A stretch of DNA of 59,236 nucleotides, filler included, from Platydemus manokwari (lineage: Eukaryota): assembly GCA_037951405.1 (NCBI GenBank). It is 5 parts of 5 records of this genome, joined end to end, with 100 filler letters (N's around TTAATTAATTAA, not from the genome) between each part and the next. Parts side by side here need not be neighbours in the genome. Positions count along the whole stretch, not along the records: positions 1 to 19,345 come from JBBMOY010011126.1; positions 19,446 to 28,302 come from JBBMOY011338649.1; positions 28,403 to 37,967 come from JBBMOY011231543.1; 2 more parts are not named here. The stretch is one strand, 5' to 3'. Shown here piece by piece: positions 14,443-28,545 of the stretch (the first letter of the stretch is position 1; every line of letters begins with the position of its first letter). A model generated the notes under the pieces. That model was not told the DNA's origin and made no database searches. It worked only from the letters and a program-made list of their open reading frames with translations. Made by a program: the position numbers and the translations under genes.

Positions 14443-15358
14443 AGGCTAGATATGTTCATTTTTAAATTATTTTACATTATTTTACTTTTTATTTAGATAA
14501 TTTTAAAATTAAAAAAATGTTTTTTATTCTTAAAACATTTTATTTTTTTTAGAAAGATAAAAAATTACTAAAATATCAAAATAAATTTGTACCAATGAGT
14601 ACATTTTATTTTATTTCGTTTATAATACAACACTTTTTATACAGACGATATCAGCGTTCTCCTTTGCTTAAATCATAATACATCATCGATTTGTTTCCAA
14701 AAATATTGACAATAGAAATGAGATATTTCATAAAAAATTATATTATTCAAAATTGAGTTTCTTGAAAATAAAAATAAAAGTTAATAAAATTTAATGTTTT
14801 ATTCTCGTATTTTCTAGTTATTACCTGAATGCAAATAAAAGATATTAAATCATTTATAAAAAATTAAAATACGAAATATCTAAAAGTGAATTTAATCATC
14901 GAGAATTTTGATTTAATAAACCGAAAAACAGAATATGATTAAAAACTTTGTGAATTCTTATAAAATTTTATTTAGAAATCAATATATATTTAAAGGGTTC
15001 CGTAATTCCATTTTCTTTTTATCATTTTCTAATTTTTGAAGCAAATTTTCTATCGTTGAGAACTCACCAAGTCATTTATTCGTCTTCACTTTATGTCACA
15101 TCTAAACCCTTTATCGCATATTATTAATATGTTCTTCATCCGTGGTGAAAATATTTCGTTTTGAATATAATTTTATTTATTCAATTTTTATTTCTTTTTT
15201 CTTTTGTTGCTGAATTTGTATCTCTTCATTTCTGGATTTTTCCATTTGCTAACCCTGGTTGAACGTAAAACTCTCTACGTTTTGCTTGGGTTTAATTAAA
15301 ATATAATTTTTAATTTTACTTAACTTTAATGTTTACTTAACTTAAAAATAAAGTTTCA

Positions 15359-15515
15359 GACTAAAGTTAAGAACGGGGTCCTAAAATAAATTTTTTAATT
15401 TATTGAGTGCATTGCAAAAATCTATATAGTTTATTTAATTAAATTCTTTAAAAACATTTTGAATTTTTTGTTTAAGTGCTTATTAACAGTTTTGGTTGTT
15501 CGGAATCAAATATTA
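15359..15515 (-). mobile_element. Partial copy (other end) of the 26225-26826 MITE family
   Basis: ctaaagttaagaacggggtcctaaaataaatttt...ttgcaaaaatctatatag aligns to the reverse complement of ~26670-26826. Confidence 0.65.
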
Positions 15516-17201
15516 TGTTGGGGTTCTGGCCCAACAAGTTATTTACAACAACTAATTTACATTACCAAAAATATGTACATACATTTGCATAACAGTACGT
15601 ATAAAATGTGTATTTATTTTTATTGTATTGATTTTTATTTAATCAATATGTATTTTTTAATATCTTGGCACTTTGGAATTTCTGAGCTAAAACCAGCTTG
15701 ATTTCAAACAATATGCGAGGCGAAGATAAACAATAACAATAAGGTTTAATAGATTGTACTTTGGGGTAGTAATAGAACCACGTGAGATTGATAAGGCGAC
15801 TGTGATCTATACTGAAATATTAAATAAGTTTGAAAGAGACTTATTAATAACAATAATAATCATTAAAACAAAAAATCCAACAAACCCGAAACACATCAAA
15901 AATATTTACATAAAAATAATATTTATCTAACACAAATAAGGCCCTCACGATGCGGTAAGAAAATCCTTCGATTTGACTTTAAAAAATTGTGATATTTGTT
16001 ATAGTTTCATCTCCCTAATTTGAGCTTTCCAATGTGTCTGCGTATTGTCATAGGGAGCAGCAAAAGATTGAAGCTTTCCAGAAAATGTAGTGTTGTCACA
16101 GTCTGACTGGAAAATAGATTTGTTGAGGCTGAAAGTATTTTGAAACAAATGCATAATATTTGGTAAGGATTTATTGAGAATGAAAGTAGAAATTGTTAGT
16201 AATTATACATTGATATGATGATAAAGTAGGTGATTTGAAGTTACTTGAATAGGGGAATAATGTAGTATGATGAAATATGTTCAGGTTTTGGATTGATTAA
16301 GTTTGAAATGATAGGTAATGGAGTAATAGATGAGTATTATAAAGGAAATTATATGGTACTTTTTTATGCAGCGTGGGCATCCCTTAAAAATACGGCAATA
16401 GTTAGTGAAGCCAGAACAACATACACAGCCAACAAAATATTAGCATTATGTTCGAATATGTTTTTGGGATTTTATCAATTTTACTTCCAACATATCAACA
16501 GCGTTTATGCGAAAGTATAAAGTTGAACAAAATAAAAGACTCAGTAAAAATAAATAAAATAATAGAATTAATATTTGGTCTCTTTATTTGATTTTAACAC
16601 CTGTACGACTGAAAATAAGAGCGCTTTATTCACAAATGTAGAACAAAACCATTTTAACAACACAATATTCAAGACGCTTAACAAAATAAGAAAATAAATT
16701 ACTTTTTTAAAATGATTTTAATTAATTTTCTAATTTTAAACCAAAAAACGAGCCATTTTATTAGTAATAATATTTTTTTTTCAAAAAAATTCGAGTGTAA
16801 ATGATTTATGAGCTTTCTTCCTCTAAGTAATGGGAATTTATTTTTCCAATGATGGAAAAATATTGACTTGACAAATCTCTCACATTTCTGAAATCAGTCT
16901 CGTCAGACCATTATATCTTGAATGAAAGTCAAAATATTATTTTATTCACAATAAAATTAAATGAAAATTTATAATAAATGTGATGTTATTTTCAAAAATA
17001 TTGTTCACTTTACCGGCAAGAGAATTAGTATTTTCTATTGATAGATTTGGATTGATGATTTCCCATATTATGTCTCAGTTTACCACTTTATAATGAAGCA
17101 TGGAATAACGGCAACGACATCTGAAAACAACCCGGATAAAACTTAAATTTTCTAAGTAAACTCGAATCAAATCAAATCTCGAAAATAATTCTAATATTAA
17201 T

Positions 17202-17415
17202 TGTGAGATATTTGAGATGAATTAAATTTCAATTTAATTCGAAACAATTTTAATTTACATTTATTCAAATTTTATTCAGATTTGATTTAATTTTATAAAA
17301 AATTAAGTTAATGTAAAATTGAAAATATTTGGATTTAAAATAGGTATTGATTGTGTCTTGATTTTTTTGGTTTGATATTAGTTTGTGCTTAATAAAATAG
17401 TATGAGCGGCTAACA
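17202..17415 (+). mobile_element. LTR-like element (family copy), followed by a possible gag remnant to ~18030
   Basis: Begins TGTGAGATATTTGA and ends AATAAA..GAGCGGCTAACA, shared with copies at 23.8, 24.2, 29.4 and 30.7 kb. A degenerate knuckle-like VCKLVGHKTND lies at ~17975-18005. Confidence 0.5.
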
Positions 17416-19345
17416 GGCCTGATATGGCTTTTTATAAAATAATTTTGGATCTAGGATCACCGATTTCTAAATCAGCCTCTATGATTATCTGATCAAGGCC
17501 TCAGGTAGCAGTTTAACCTTATATAGCTACCTCATACTTAATACCGTATGAAGACGATACAAGCTGCAACGATGACTTATAAACTATTGTAAATGCTGTA
17601 ATTAGTATCTCTATATTAATGCTCCTAAATGCTATTTCCAAACGTATTGTTTTATTCTCAATTCCAATCAATCAAAAACCAAGCAATGATTTTATTAAAG
17701 TTTATTGCTACTACAAAAGACACCTATAACAGAATGACTCCGATGTTACAATTGATTTTACAAATACAATACGCAACTAATCCTATGACGTATACCTTAA
17801 CAAATTCAAGAATAAGCGACAATTGATAAACTCCACACTCTTGGATTTAAACCTTTTGCCAAAAGATATTTGAGACAAAGCTCGATAGTAGGAAAATTCA
17901 GAAAATATAATATCGATCAGTGATTTACAATATCAAACGCTCTCACTCAACATTATAGGATTATTGACAATGGTCTGCAAACTCGTAGGGCATAAAACAA
18001 ATGATCGTAGATGTTGCAAAATGTGTGCTATTAAAAATGACAGAATTCTTTAGTGGTTTCTCAACATAATGGGTATAGATCATTGAAATTTTCTCCTATT
18101 TATACTATTAATCTGCTTAGGTGTTTAATCTTTCACGTTATTTTAAATGCTACAATTTTGCTCCAAAGATAAAAGTATTCTCCTTTAATCTTATTGTTAC
18201 AAAATTATATTCCTTTGAAGTATAATTTATATCATTTGATACACCAATCATCAACTTATTTATTAAGAGATATTTTATAACTTTTATTATTATTAAAAGT
18301 TCTTCATTTTTTTATAATTATCAAGATTATTTTATAATAATATTTGCGAGGTTTTCGTCAAAGGATATACTTAAATAAATAATCACAAGGTTTTGCAATA
18401 TACCACGACTAAAATTTCCTGATAATATGAAACATGTTTCACAGAAGAATAGTGTTACATTATAAATATTGTTACACAGGATTTTTTGTAGTAATCGATA
18501 TTACAATGTCACAATTATCATCCTTTTATCATAAAAAATATTGTTACACCTAAACTTTTCATGCAAATACAATTTGAACGACACTTTAATGACTTGTACG
18601 AAAATATCTGTCGAAATCAATAAGTTTTTAATAATAGATTTCGATCAAGTAAAAATTACAAAAAATTCGTTCTCAATGACTCATAGAACCTTGCAGTGGC
18701 TGTAGTTTAATTTTGAATTTAAGAAGGTCTTGTGTCGAAAATGAAATTGAATCGGATTTATTTTCCCGGTTTGCAAATGAAAAATGAAATGAAATAGTAT
18801 AATAAATTATTATGTATTAAATATATTGAAATATGATAATCAATAAGATTGATTATTTTATTACTTAATTTAGATTATTCTCTAAATCTGTTGATCTTGG
18901 GAGGATTCATTTCAAATACAAACAATTATCAGGTAAATAAAGTTATCGATTTTACATTTATAATTTATATTTTCCACTATTTTGATTCGATCGAATAATT
19001 CAATATGAAGTCAATTAAATCAAGATTGTAGCAAAAATATAAAATAATAATGAGCGTCCCGAATTCTTACGGTTTTTTTACTAATCACAGTCTAGACAGA
19101 GACTGTTTAAAGTTGTTCTTACCGGAAACAAAATATGAGCCTTATAATTTATCTACTATCAAATTACTTGCTAAAAGTCTCAACGCAACGTTTTTGTCAC
19201 CGCATTATTATTGATCATTTATTACAAAGTTGATATAAAAGAAGCAAAATCTTTTCTATTGAGAATAATTGCATTTTATCTTTCTACTTTAGTGTTTATT
19301 ATAGGCATAATAAATAAGTAAATTGATAATAATAATAATAATAAT

Positions 19346-19445
19346 NNNNNNNNNNNNNNNNNNNNNNNNNNNNNNNNNNNNNNNNNNNNTTAATTAATTA
19401 ANNNNNNNNNNNNNNNNNNNNNNNNNNNNNNNNNNNNNNNNNNNN
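19346..19445. other. Assembly gap/linker (N44-TTAATTAATTAA-N44)
   Basis: Identical 100-nt structure at four sites; TTAATTAATTAA has stops in all six frames. Confidence 0.98.
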
Positions 19446-20049
19446 TTTATTTATTTATGAAAGTTAAGAATTACCAGTGATTCTCTTTATTATTATTCTT
19501 TTTTAAAAACAAAAATACGATAAATAAAAATAACATAATTAAACAACATAACTTTATTAGTCTTATTCAAAGTTCTAGCCTGAAGATATAATTAGACGAT
19601 ATTACGCCAATAAAAACTAATACCCAACGATTATGTTATATAAATTTTACAGGATTTGTGTATCACAGAAACAAATGTACTTCGCATAAATAGAAATACA
19701 TGAAAATTCTGGGTTGAAATGAAAAATGAGAATATAACAGCTAATTTAATTTAATTATTTGAAAGTAAATGTTGATATACTACCTAGTAATCATTATGTT
19801 GAGTGAAATTTCATTTGATTATATATTTTAATTAGAAATATAAATGTTAAATGCTTTATTTTCCATTATAATGTATTTTCGTTATGGGCAAACAGTGTTA
19901 CCATATGTTTCAATAAATCTTCTGGGATCTCCTTTAAACCTACGTAACAATGATAGAAGATAGACGCGATTAAGAATTAAATCTGAAACCGAATAAAAAT
20001 ATGAAAAACAAGAAGCAATTAAACTCTTTATTTAATCGGAACAAAAGTC

Positions 20050-20370
20050 ATTACGAAGAGCCTAATCAATAAAAGTATACCAGAAATCCTGACTAAGATA
20101 GTAGAGCTGATATTGCGTTTCTGATTTTTTGATTGTGAGCTAAACCTATCATAAGATAAGCGAATTATTCTAAAATATCCAGGCTTTAATCTTATATTTA
20201 AAAAATATATTGCATGGTGTAAACAATTGACAAAATTCTCATACGAAATTAGTTATATAGTTAAAAATTAATAATGTTACAGAGCTAGATCGTCTTTTCG
20301 ATCTTTGTAACAATCGCAGTCATCAGTTAATTAAAAGATAGGATCTCAATCTCAAACTAAATCCGTCTAT
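20050..20370 (+). mobile_element. Highly degraded LINE AP-endonuclease-like fragment
   Basis: KSLINK (cf. RSLxNK), YPGFNL and *DLN (cf. GDFN) occur in the expected order across frameshifts. Confidence 0.3.
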
Positions 20371-20459
20371 CAAAGAGTACAATGGCCTCACAAAATCTCA
20401 ATCCAAGTTCAATTGGAAAATGAACATTGATGAATGACTTTTTATGACTTTGTAGTCAA

Positions 20460-20783
20460 AATTATTTTTATTTGAATAGAATCTTTATTTTTATTTATTT
20501 TATTTTTGTTTATTTTTTATTTTTGAATTAATTAATTAATTTATTTTATTTATTTCATTTATTTATCTTTCTTATTTTTTTATTTTAAATTTTTAGTTTT
20601 TTAATTTTTAAAATTTTAATTTTTTTTAAAAAAGGGGTGTATGATTTTTGTTTTATTTTTTTTGTTATTTTTTTAAAAAGGGGGTATGTTTTTTTTTTTA
20701 ATTTTTTTTGTTTTTAAAAAGGGGGTGTATTTTTTTTTTAATTTTTTTGGGGTGCTCGTTCTTATAGCCCTTTCCCTTCTACT
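20460..20783 (-). mobile_element. Probable Polinton terminal inverted repeat
   Basis: Reverse complement starts AGTAGAAGGG.. (Polintons begin with AG/AGT repeats). Three subterminal ttttaaaaa(a)gggg(g)t(g)tat units; adjacent to a pPolB relic. Confidence 0.45.
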
Positions 20784-20789
20784 CACAAT

Positions 20790-21205
20790 TATGAACATTT
20801 AGATTTTCTTGAAAATTACATTGAAGAACAGCAGTTAAAAGATTCAAATTGGATATTTAAACATATTGAAAGTGTTGAGATTTGTTTATCTAAATATCAA
20901 TCATTAGTTGGAGGTACATATATTGAACTTCCTTTACTTAAGTATAATAACTAGTGTGAAAAGTTTAAATAAGAATGGATCAAGTAATATAATAATGACT
21001 GATGACGATGAAGCAGATTTTCAACAATCTCTAAGGTGTAACTATTGTGATAAATTATTTCCAGTAGAAACTAGGAAAATACAGAAGAGCTACATGTAAC
21101 CGTTGTAACTTAAATGATAAATCAATTCGAAACTTCTTTATTCCTTGGTATTTTCTTATCAGAAGTAATTATGATTTTCATCTGTTTTTTAACGCGATAA
21201 TGACA
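20790..21205 (+). mobile_element. Polinton protein-primed DNA polymerase B N-terminal fragment (pseudogene)
   Basis: QQLKDSNWIFKHIESVEICLSKYQSLVGGTYIELP, MTDDDEADFQQSLRCNYCDKLF and ATCNRCNL..FFIPWYF..SNYDFHLF match Polinton pPolB GSGW..GSSYIxLP, the endonuclease VII Cys motifs and FHN..YDxH. Confidence 0.8.
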
Positions 21206-21507
21206 AAAAATGTTAACAAAAATGTTAATCTTTAATAAATTTAAATTGAAACCTAAAAAGCAAATCATCCCTTATGAATATGTTAAATTTGATACTTTTA
21301 TAGAAGTCGATGGTTTATTAAATATTAAAGAATTTCCAAGTATTGAAAAATTTGTTAGATGAAAATCATAATTGTATTTTACATATTCTTCATAATTTTT
21401 ATGAAGGTCATCCTTAAAAATAACATTGTCGAAAATATAACAAGTGGAATAAGTTTTGTACCTTTCAATAGTCATTTTTGATTTAATGTTTTCAGTAAAT
21501 ATTAAAT

Positions 21508-21674
21508 GGTTGTTCGTTTCCAAACCCCGCCCCAAAACCCCTATTTTCAAAAACCTCTACTTTTCAATCCTTGTATGCCCCATTGACCTCCAAAATTATC
21601 AATTTTAAAATCAACCAATCTATAAATCTACATAATCGTTCAAATTTTTGGGCGGGGTCTGAAAACGAACTACC
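21508..21674. mobile_element. 167-bp MITE with ~29-bp TIRs and 9-bp TSD (MULE/Merlin-like)
   Basis: ggttgttcgtttccaaaccccgcccaaaa versus reverse complement ggtagttcgttttcagaccccgcccaaaa; flanks atattaaat / attttacat (7/9 match). Confidence 0.8.
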
Positions 21675-23744
21675 ATTTTACATCTTCTAATGAACATTGA
21701 ACCCGACTTGAAATTTTATTGTGAAGTATGTGATAAATATTTCAAAACGAAGACAGCAAAATAGCTCATGAAAAAAAAGTATGATAAAATAAAATTAGAT
21801 TTATTTAAAGAAATAGAAACAAAAAACATATATGTTTTAAAAGATGAATTAGTTGATATAATAAATAATTATTTCATTTCTATGAAAATAAAATTTATGT
21901 ATCAAACAACAATTGTGAATTTGAAAAAGGTGAATAAAGTGAAAAAGAAGATTTTAGAAATTTTAAGTTTTATATAAAACCAGAAAGAATATCAAATCAA
22001 AATTTAATTAATGAAATTATATATCACGTCACATTTTTCAAATTAATATAGGAAGATATTATTAAAATGTTATTAGATTATAATACGCATTAAAGTCAGT
22101 AACAGTAAAAAAAAGTGAAGGAAAAATCAGTTTACCTTCTTAGATCAAGAAGGATTTGTCCATTTATTAAGTTCCTGATGCAAACAAATTATTATTTATA
22201 TATAAGTACCGGTACGAAAATACAAGATATTGCTTTTTGGTGAGCTTAGTGATAGTATCCATATCTACGTTTACATTGTTCTATTTGCGTTCATATTATT
22301 TCTATTTATTGAAACTCAAATCCGCATTCCCATTTAAATGGCGATCAATGAAACAGTTGATTATTGTGTTTTAGAATCTATGTTGGAGCAATCATTATTA
22401 ATCGAAGATAAACAATTATTTTATTGAGCAAGAAAGATTTGTTCAAGATATTTAATCTGATCAATGTTTCTTCCTATGACACCCATTACTTGAATGCCAT
22501 CAAATATAATCAAATATAATTATAGAGATTATATTCTATAATGGAAACACAATATCTCTGCTAGGCAACATGTCATACAACATTATTAAAGTGCCATTTA
22601 TGCCTCACATACCAATCAGATTACAAGCAGAGACTCATTAATAGATTAATAATAAAAATACTGATTGGAAATCCTTTATAGAATTTGAAAAATATGTAAA
22701 TCATTGGAATTATAAAATCCGTTTTGATCTGATTCTGTAGTTTCAGAGATTAATTTAAAAATTGACCCAATGAAATTGAACATTCTTTAAGCTAATCATG
22801 AACAATTTTTATTTTTCTCAGAAAAATGATACTGTTTATTGTGGCCGTTTGTTTTAATTTTAATTTTTTAATTTATTTTATAAATATATATATTCGAAAT
22901 AAGCTTTGAAAGTCCCCAAATATTTTGGTTTATGTGCTTGAATCGATGGGATTATTTGGAATCATTGATCAGTTGATAAATTCAAAATACCAGGCAAATT
23001 TAAAAAAATAATTTTAATCAATATAATGAAGTTATTTTAATAATTAAATTTTATTCCGAAAAAACTTTATTATTCACTCTTATTAATTTTAATAATTAAT
23101 TTTTTACTTGTTAATCATGTTATTATGGTTGGAATTAATTAAGAAAACCAATCAATTATTCATTGTGAACACTGGTACCTTCGACAGGTTAGGGAATACG
23201 ATTTCCTGATTACGTCCAAATTTAATCTGCATTCTTCACATTTGCCACTTGATGATTTTCGACAAAAATCATTTCTTTTTCAACGGTTTTAAGCGCCTTG
23301 AAAATGAAAATAGTTTTTTTGGTTTTGTAAAATTATTTTTCAAAATAATAATTAATGGAATAATTGATATAAATATGGTTTTTTTGAATTTGATTTGATA
23401 TTTGGAATGGCATCTTCGGATTTTTTTCATTAAATGATTTTCGACATGAAATCGATTAAATATTCCGTCATAAATCAATAACTCCCAACCATTGTAAAAA
23501 AATTCATTCTATCTTTTTTAATCTTCTCAATTATTTAATTTTTAAAAAAAAATTAAATTTTTAAATTTTTTTAAAAATTTTAAAAAAATTAATAATTTAG
23601 TAGTTTTTTGTAATGTCTCGTTTTATTTTTTTACTTTATTTTGTATTTAAATGAATTATCAAGAAACAATCTTTTGTTTTTTATCTTGATTTTTTTCTGT
23701 ATTTCATTAATGATTTCTTTTTTTTAATTTTTTAATTTATTAAA

Positions 23745-23835
23745 TAATATTGATTTGTTTATATAATTGTAGTTAAATATATAATTTGGTGTCTGGACTT
23801 TTCAGTTTGTTTTTATAAAATGGTAGCGGCTTACA
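23745..23835 (+). mobile_element. LTR-like family 3' end copy
   Basis: ggtgtctggacttttcagtttg..tataaaatggtagcggcttaca, homologous to the 24.2, 29.5, 30.7 and 17.4 kb copies. Confidence 0.55.
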
Positions 23836-24109
23836 TGACGATCACACATCTGGATTCGATTCTGAGAGGACCAATAATTGAAAGTTATGGAAAAGAAGGA
23901 GATGTTGAGACTATTAAGATAATATATAAGGAAGATGTAGAGAAGATATAAAGAAGATTTAAAGGACATATAAAAAAATAAAAGTATTTGAGTTTTTTAT
24001 GTAGATAAATATTTAGAGCATTTGATACAGTATCAGTTAAGGATACAGGTAATATCAAATATTTTAGAGAAAGAATTCTAAATTTTTTAAAAAAAATTAT
24101 TTTGTTTAA

Positions 24110-24217
24110 AATTATATTAATTTGTTTAAATAATTGGGTTTTAAAAATACATAATTTGTTTTCTTGATTTTTCAGTTCGTTTTCGATGCTTGTTTTATAT
24201 AATAGTAGCGGCTTACC
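24110..24217 (+). mobile_element. LTR-like family 3' end copy
   Basis: cttgatttttcagttcgttttcgatgcttgttttatataatagtagcggcttacc. Confidence 0.55.
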
Positions 24218-26224
24218 ATCCTCAAATTCCGAGTTATTTGCCATCCGTCAAGAAGCCGAACAAATAAAAACAACACTGCCAGTAAAACAATTAATTAATC
24301 ACCAAATTCCGATAAATCTTATCATGTATTAGTTTTGTATAAATTTTTCATTTGTATAACGCATGGAATTTTATAAACCCAATCTTAGTCATCACTGTCA
24401 GGTGCATTTTTATAATATCGATTTTTACAATTGGTTTTCAATTATTAATGGATTTACCGAACCAGCTGGATAAGTAAAATTACAATTAAAGTAAGCGTAA
24501 ATGACAAAATAATCGAATATCAAATATAGAATAAATAATATCGATTAATCTGCTTTCAAACAATTTTAAATGCTTTATCAGAACTAAAACAAATTCAAAA
24601 TAAAATTCAATTCATAAATACCAATAATAATAGCAATAATATTGAAATAAAGTTCAATATATAATTCAAAATCGATAAAAACCAATAATTAAATAAAATC
24701 TGAAATGACTAACATTTTTTTATGAATATTGCAATGACTAATTTGTGATTGGTGCAAATATGTAGATTTTGCTTTTGGTGCAATGACAGCGATTTATAAT
24801 CACTTGACTAAAAATCAATATCGTTTATCAAGCTCTAGCCAATCAGATTGATTTGTATAAGTGCTGATACTAACCTATTTTAACTTTTATAAACAGCATG
24901 ATCATGCTTGGATTATTAAAAGTTATTCCATCGATAAATCGATTAATACGTTCTTTCTATTCATCATCATCGGTTAGGATCACTAATTTATTATTTTATA
25001 TTTCTTTATATGATATTCACTTTTATTCGTTATGCGAGTGTGATATTCGTATATTTCTCTCAACTACTATTATTAATAATCACACCAATAACTCTAAGAT
25101 CTTCAGTCGATCACAGAACTACATAATGTTAATAATCGATTTTAATAAACAAAATATTTTATAATAAAATTCTGGTTTAAAATTTTCAATTAATTAATTC
25201 TTCTTTTGAATTTTTTGTTTAAATTAATCAAATTGTTTATTGTTAACATTGTTTACTATAGATAACAAAATATTATTGATTTTAAAAATTCTCCAAATTC
25301 CACCAATTTCCGAGTCAACTTTCTCTGTCATTGCATCTGAAAAATCTATTTTTTGATAGCTTGTAAAATTATTTTAAAAATAAAACATTCGCCAATTTCC
25401 GTCAGTGAACAACGACGTATTCATAAATGTAACTTGTTCTGTTTCATTAAAACAAACGAAAATACAAATAAACAAAAACAATGAATGTTCGATGAAATAA
25501 GAAAATGGAATGAGAAATCAACTAAATTTAATCAATTTACTGGAAATGAAATTTAATTGTAACGATTAATGGATGTCAGTTTCATCAATTCACCAATTCT
25601 AGTAATGTCATCCGACGGTTTCTTCACTACATATTGCCCATACAAGATTTATCAATAAACTGAGATTTCGATAATTGAATGTATGTATATATTCGAATCT
25701 AAGATTTGCAGACAAACCATCAAACGATAAATTAATGTGAACAATAATCACGGATTAATGTTTCTGTCTCGAAGTTAATGCTTTAATTAATTGAGTTGAT
25801 TTTCGTTTTATTAATTTAATGGGACAAAAATATAGAGAATAGAATCTTTTTTCTCTTATTTTATAATTATTTTTACGATTATCTCGTTTATTATCGACAT
25901 CGAAATCTGTCTGGATTAGCTCCGATGTCTTGTTCGATGAATTGTATGTATTATATGTATGCATTATTATATAGATTTATCTGAACTGATCTTGAATCCA
26001 ATTAAAATGCTAGCAAATCAATACAATCTCTATTGACCGAAAAAAATTCAAACCTCGTCCAGAGTAGTCGTTTTAAGGAAATGCAATAAAATAAAATCTT
26101 AACCAGACATTATGTTTTAACTTTATATATTACTTGTTAGTTACCATAATATCTTTGTCTTTAAATTTTAAATCAAAATTCATGTTTTTTCCAAAACAAT
26201 ATAATATCTTTTCAATAAATTTTC

Positions 26225-26826
26225 GGCTTAAGTTAAGAAAAAAGGTCTTTTGGCCTACTTTCGTTATAATGAATTTTCGTTCATGAGATAATTTCAGAAC
26301 ATAATTTTATAAATAATTGAGATGTTTTATTTATTCGTATAGTTCAATTAATATCTCATTTTTAAGATGTCTAATAGTGACAAAACATAGTTTTTAAATC
26401 AAGTTCCTTTTCTAATCACAACGCTTCTATTTGATTATTTGAGTTTTTAAATTTTTATAATTATAAGTCGAGTTAATTAACTACAGACATGTTTAATTAT
26501 AGCATTGCTTATTTTTATTAAATAATTGTAAACATTGAGAATATCTAACAATTTGTTTCTAATGTTAAAAAAGGTTTACCCGCTAATTTTCAATAAATTG
26601 CAATTCGACCTACGTTTATTACAATTTTTCAAATAATAAATTTTACGAAATTTTTAAGCTCTAGTGTATTTAATAATTGATTTCAAACAACTAAAATTCT
26701 CCTTCAGTACTTAAATAAAAATTCAAATTTTTTTTAAAGAATATAATTAAATAAGCTATATAGAATTTTGCAATACATTCAACAAATTTAAAATTTCATT
26801 TTAGGACCCTTTTTTGAACTTTAGCC
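26225..26826. mobile_element. ~600-bp non-autonomous DNA transposon with GG-terminal TIRs (Merlin-like)
   Basis: Left ggcttaagttaagaaaaaaggtc; right (reverse complement) ggctaaagttcaaaaaagggtc; 8-bp flanks aaattttc / ccattttc (6/8). Two further partial copies at 14.4 and 15.4 kb. Confidence 0.7.
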
Positions 26827-26904
26827 CCATTTTCAAATAAATTTTAAAATATTTAATATTTATTTACATATGATTTTTCTTCTTTTTTAAATTAAAAAAA
26901 TGTT

Positions 26905-26992
26905 TACATTTTTATATTACATCTTTATTTTTATTTAAAATTACTTTGGTAATTTTACTAATTTTAATAATTTTTTAAAATTGAGAGGTTAA
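26905..26992 (+). repeat. Dispersed repeat ending gagaggTTAA (piggyBac-like terminus); second copy at ~33835-33919
   Basis: acatttttatattacatctttatttt..taattttactaatttta..aaattgagaggttaac in both copies. The window end ttaacccctc resembles the opposite terminus. Confidence 0.5.
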
Positions 26993-28302
26993 CAATAATT
27001 TTATAAATATCAATATGATATTTATAACTCAAATTTCTATAATTATAATCTTATGTCAATTTTAATTATCGATTGTATTTTTAAATAAACCTTACACTAC
27101 TTATAAATAATTTTTATTAATATACAATGTTGACTAGAAATTAGGGTCAATACCAAAAATGAAAGCCAAATTATTTATTCAGTTTATTGAAGGTATTATG
27201 TGATTAACAAAACTGTCAATAAACCTTTCACTTTCGAATCAAACAAGTGTTAGGATGTATAATGTATAGCATGTATACGCCTCTGAATGTGTCATTTTTT
27301 TCCCTGGATATTTTCTCGTTCGCGCACACAGTTTGGAATTTCAAATTGAGTATAATTCTATTTCATGTTAACTCTTAGCTTAAAAAAATGGAAGCTCCGA
27401 AATTGAACAAGAATCAAAAGGTTTTGCACAATAATGAATGATGAGTATAAATCCCTTACGACAGCTAAGAGATATAGATTATGCAGAAACATTATTCAAT
27501 AAAATACGAAGGCTTTTTGAAGATATTATGATGACTATATTCCGTTAACTTCTTAGTAAAATTTTGCTGAAGCAGTCTAACTAAAACAAGGATATCTGAG
27601 AATGATGTAATTAATTTAGTTATTTAAATTGTATCGGAGATGTCAGGTTGAATTATTATAATTATTGACTGAGTTATTAATATAAATTGGGAAGGAAAAT
27701 AAGATAATACATTTCATTATCAATATTTGCATTCGTGGCATTAGAGGTTGGCTTTGATACAATCGGGGATGTTTGTAGCGAATAACATTGATGTATCAAC
27801 ATGTTTTGTTGATTACATATAATGAAAAATGATAAAGAATAAAATCTATTATGAATATGTTCACCACATCGCCACCTTATAGAAGCAAATGGATACCAAA
27901 ATACTAACAATAAACTTAAATAAAAGCTATAAAATAGAAAAAAGAAAAATTATATTGAAAATACTAATGATTGGGTGGCACTGGAAATGAAAAATTAAAA
28001 TCACGAATCAGATATAATTCCGATGTAAATGATTTGTTAAAAAGACTTGAATCAATTCAAACCGAACAAAAATGAATAGAAATAGCTGAAAAATAAATAA
28101 AACAAAACGAACAATAAATAAAGTCTCAATAATTGTCGAATATGGAAAAATTGAAGAAATGTATTTTTAATATTATACAGATAAAAGATAGATACACACA
28201 GCCTATATAATGTTTGGTTATAGAACACAGGAAAGATCAATATTGTTTTCTAGTCATACAAATGTTTCTTAATATGCCACCATTTCCTCAATTGGAGGAC
28301 TG

Positions 28303-28402
28303 NNNNNNNNNNNNNNNNNNNNNNNNNNNNNNNNNNNNNNNNNNNNTTAATTAATTAANNNNNNNNNNNNNNNNNNNNNNNNNNNNNNNNNNNNNNNNNN
28401 NN
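28303..28402. other. Assembly gap/linker
   Basis: N44-TTAATTAATTAA-N44. Confidence 0.98.
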
Positions 28403-28409
28403 ATAATAT

Positions 28410-28448
<39 letters not shown>

Positions 28449-28545
28449 ATAATAAATTCAATAATTATAATAGAAATACTAGCAGTAATAATAATAATAA
28501 TAATAATGATAATAATAATGATAATAATAATAATAATAATAATTA
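28403..28545. repeat. (AAT)n microsatellite
   Basis: Long, imperfect aat runs at the contig edge. Confidence 0.9.

Noticed and set aside
19390-19401. TTAATTAATTAA palindrome repeated four times as a biological motif or CRISPR-like repeat
   Set aside because: Always centred in N runs; an assembly linker.
23821-23835. Repeat ends as spliced-leader RNA genes
   Set aside because: Conservation lies downstream of the GT rather than in an upstream leader exon; TG..CA termini fit LTRs better.
23885-24244. 119-aa minus-strand ORF
   Set aside because: Runs through an LTR-like repeat with an I/L/F/K composition typical of AT-rich noise, as do most of the 60-90 aa ORFs in the track.
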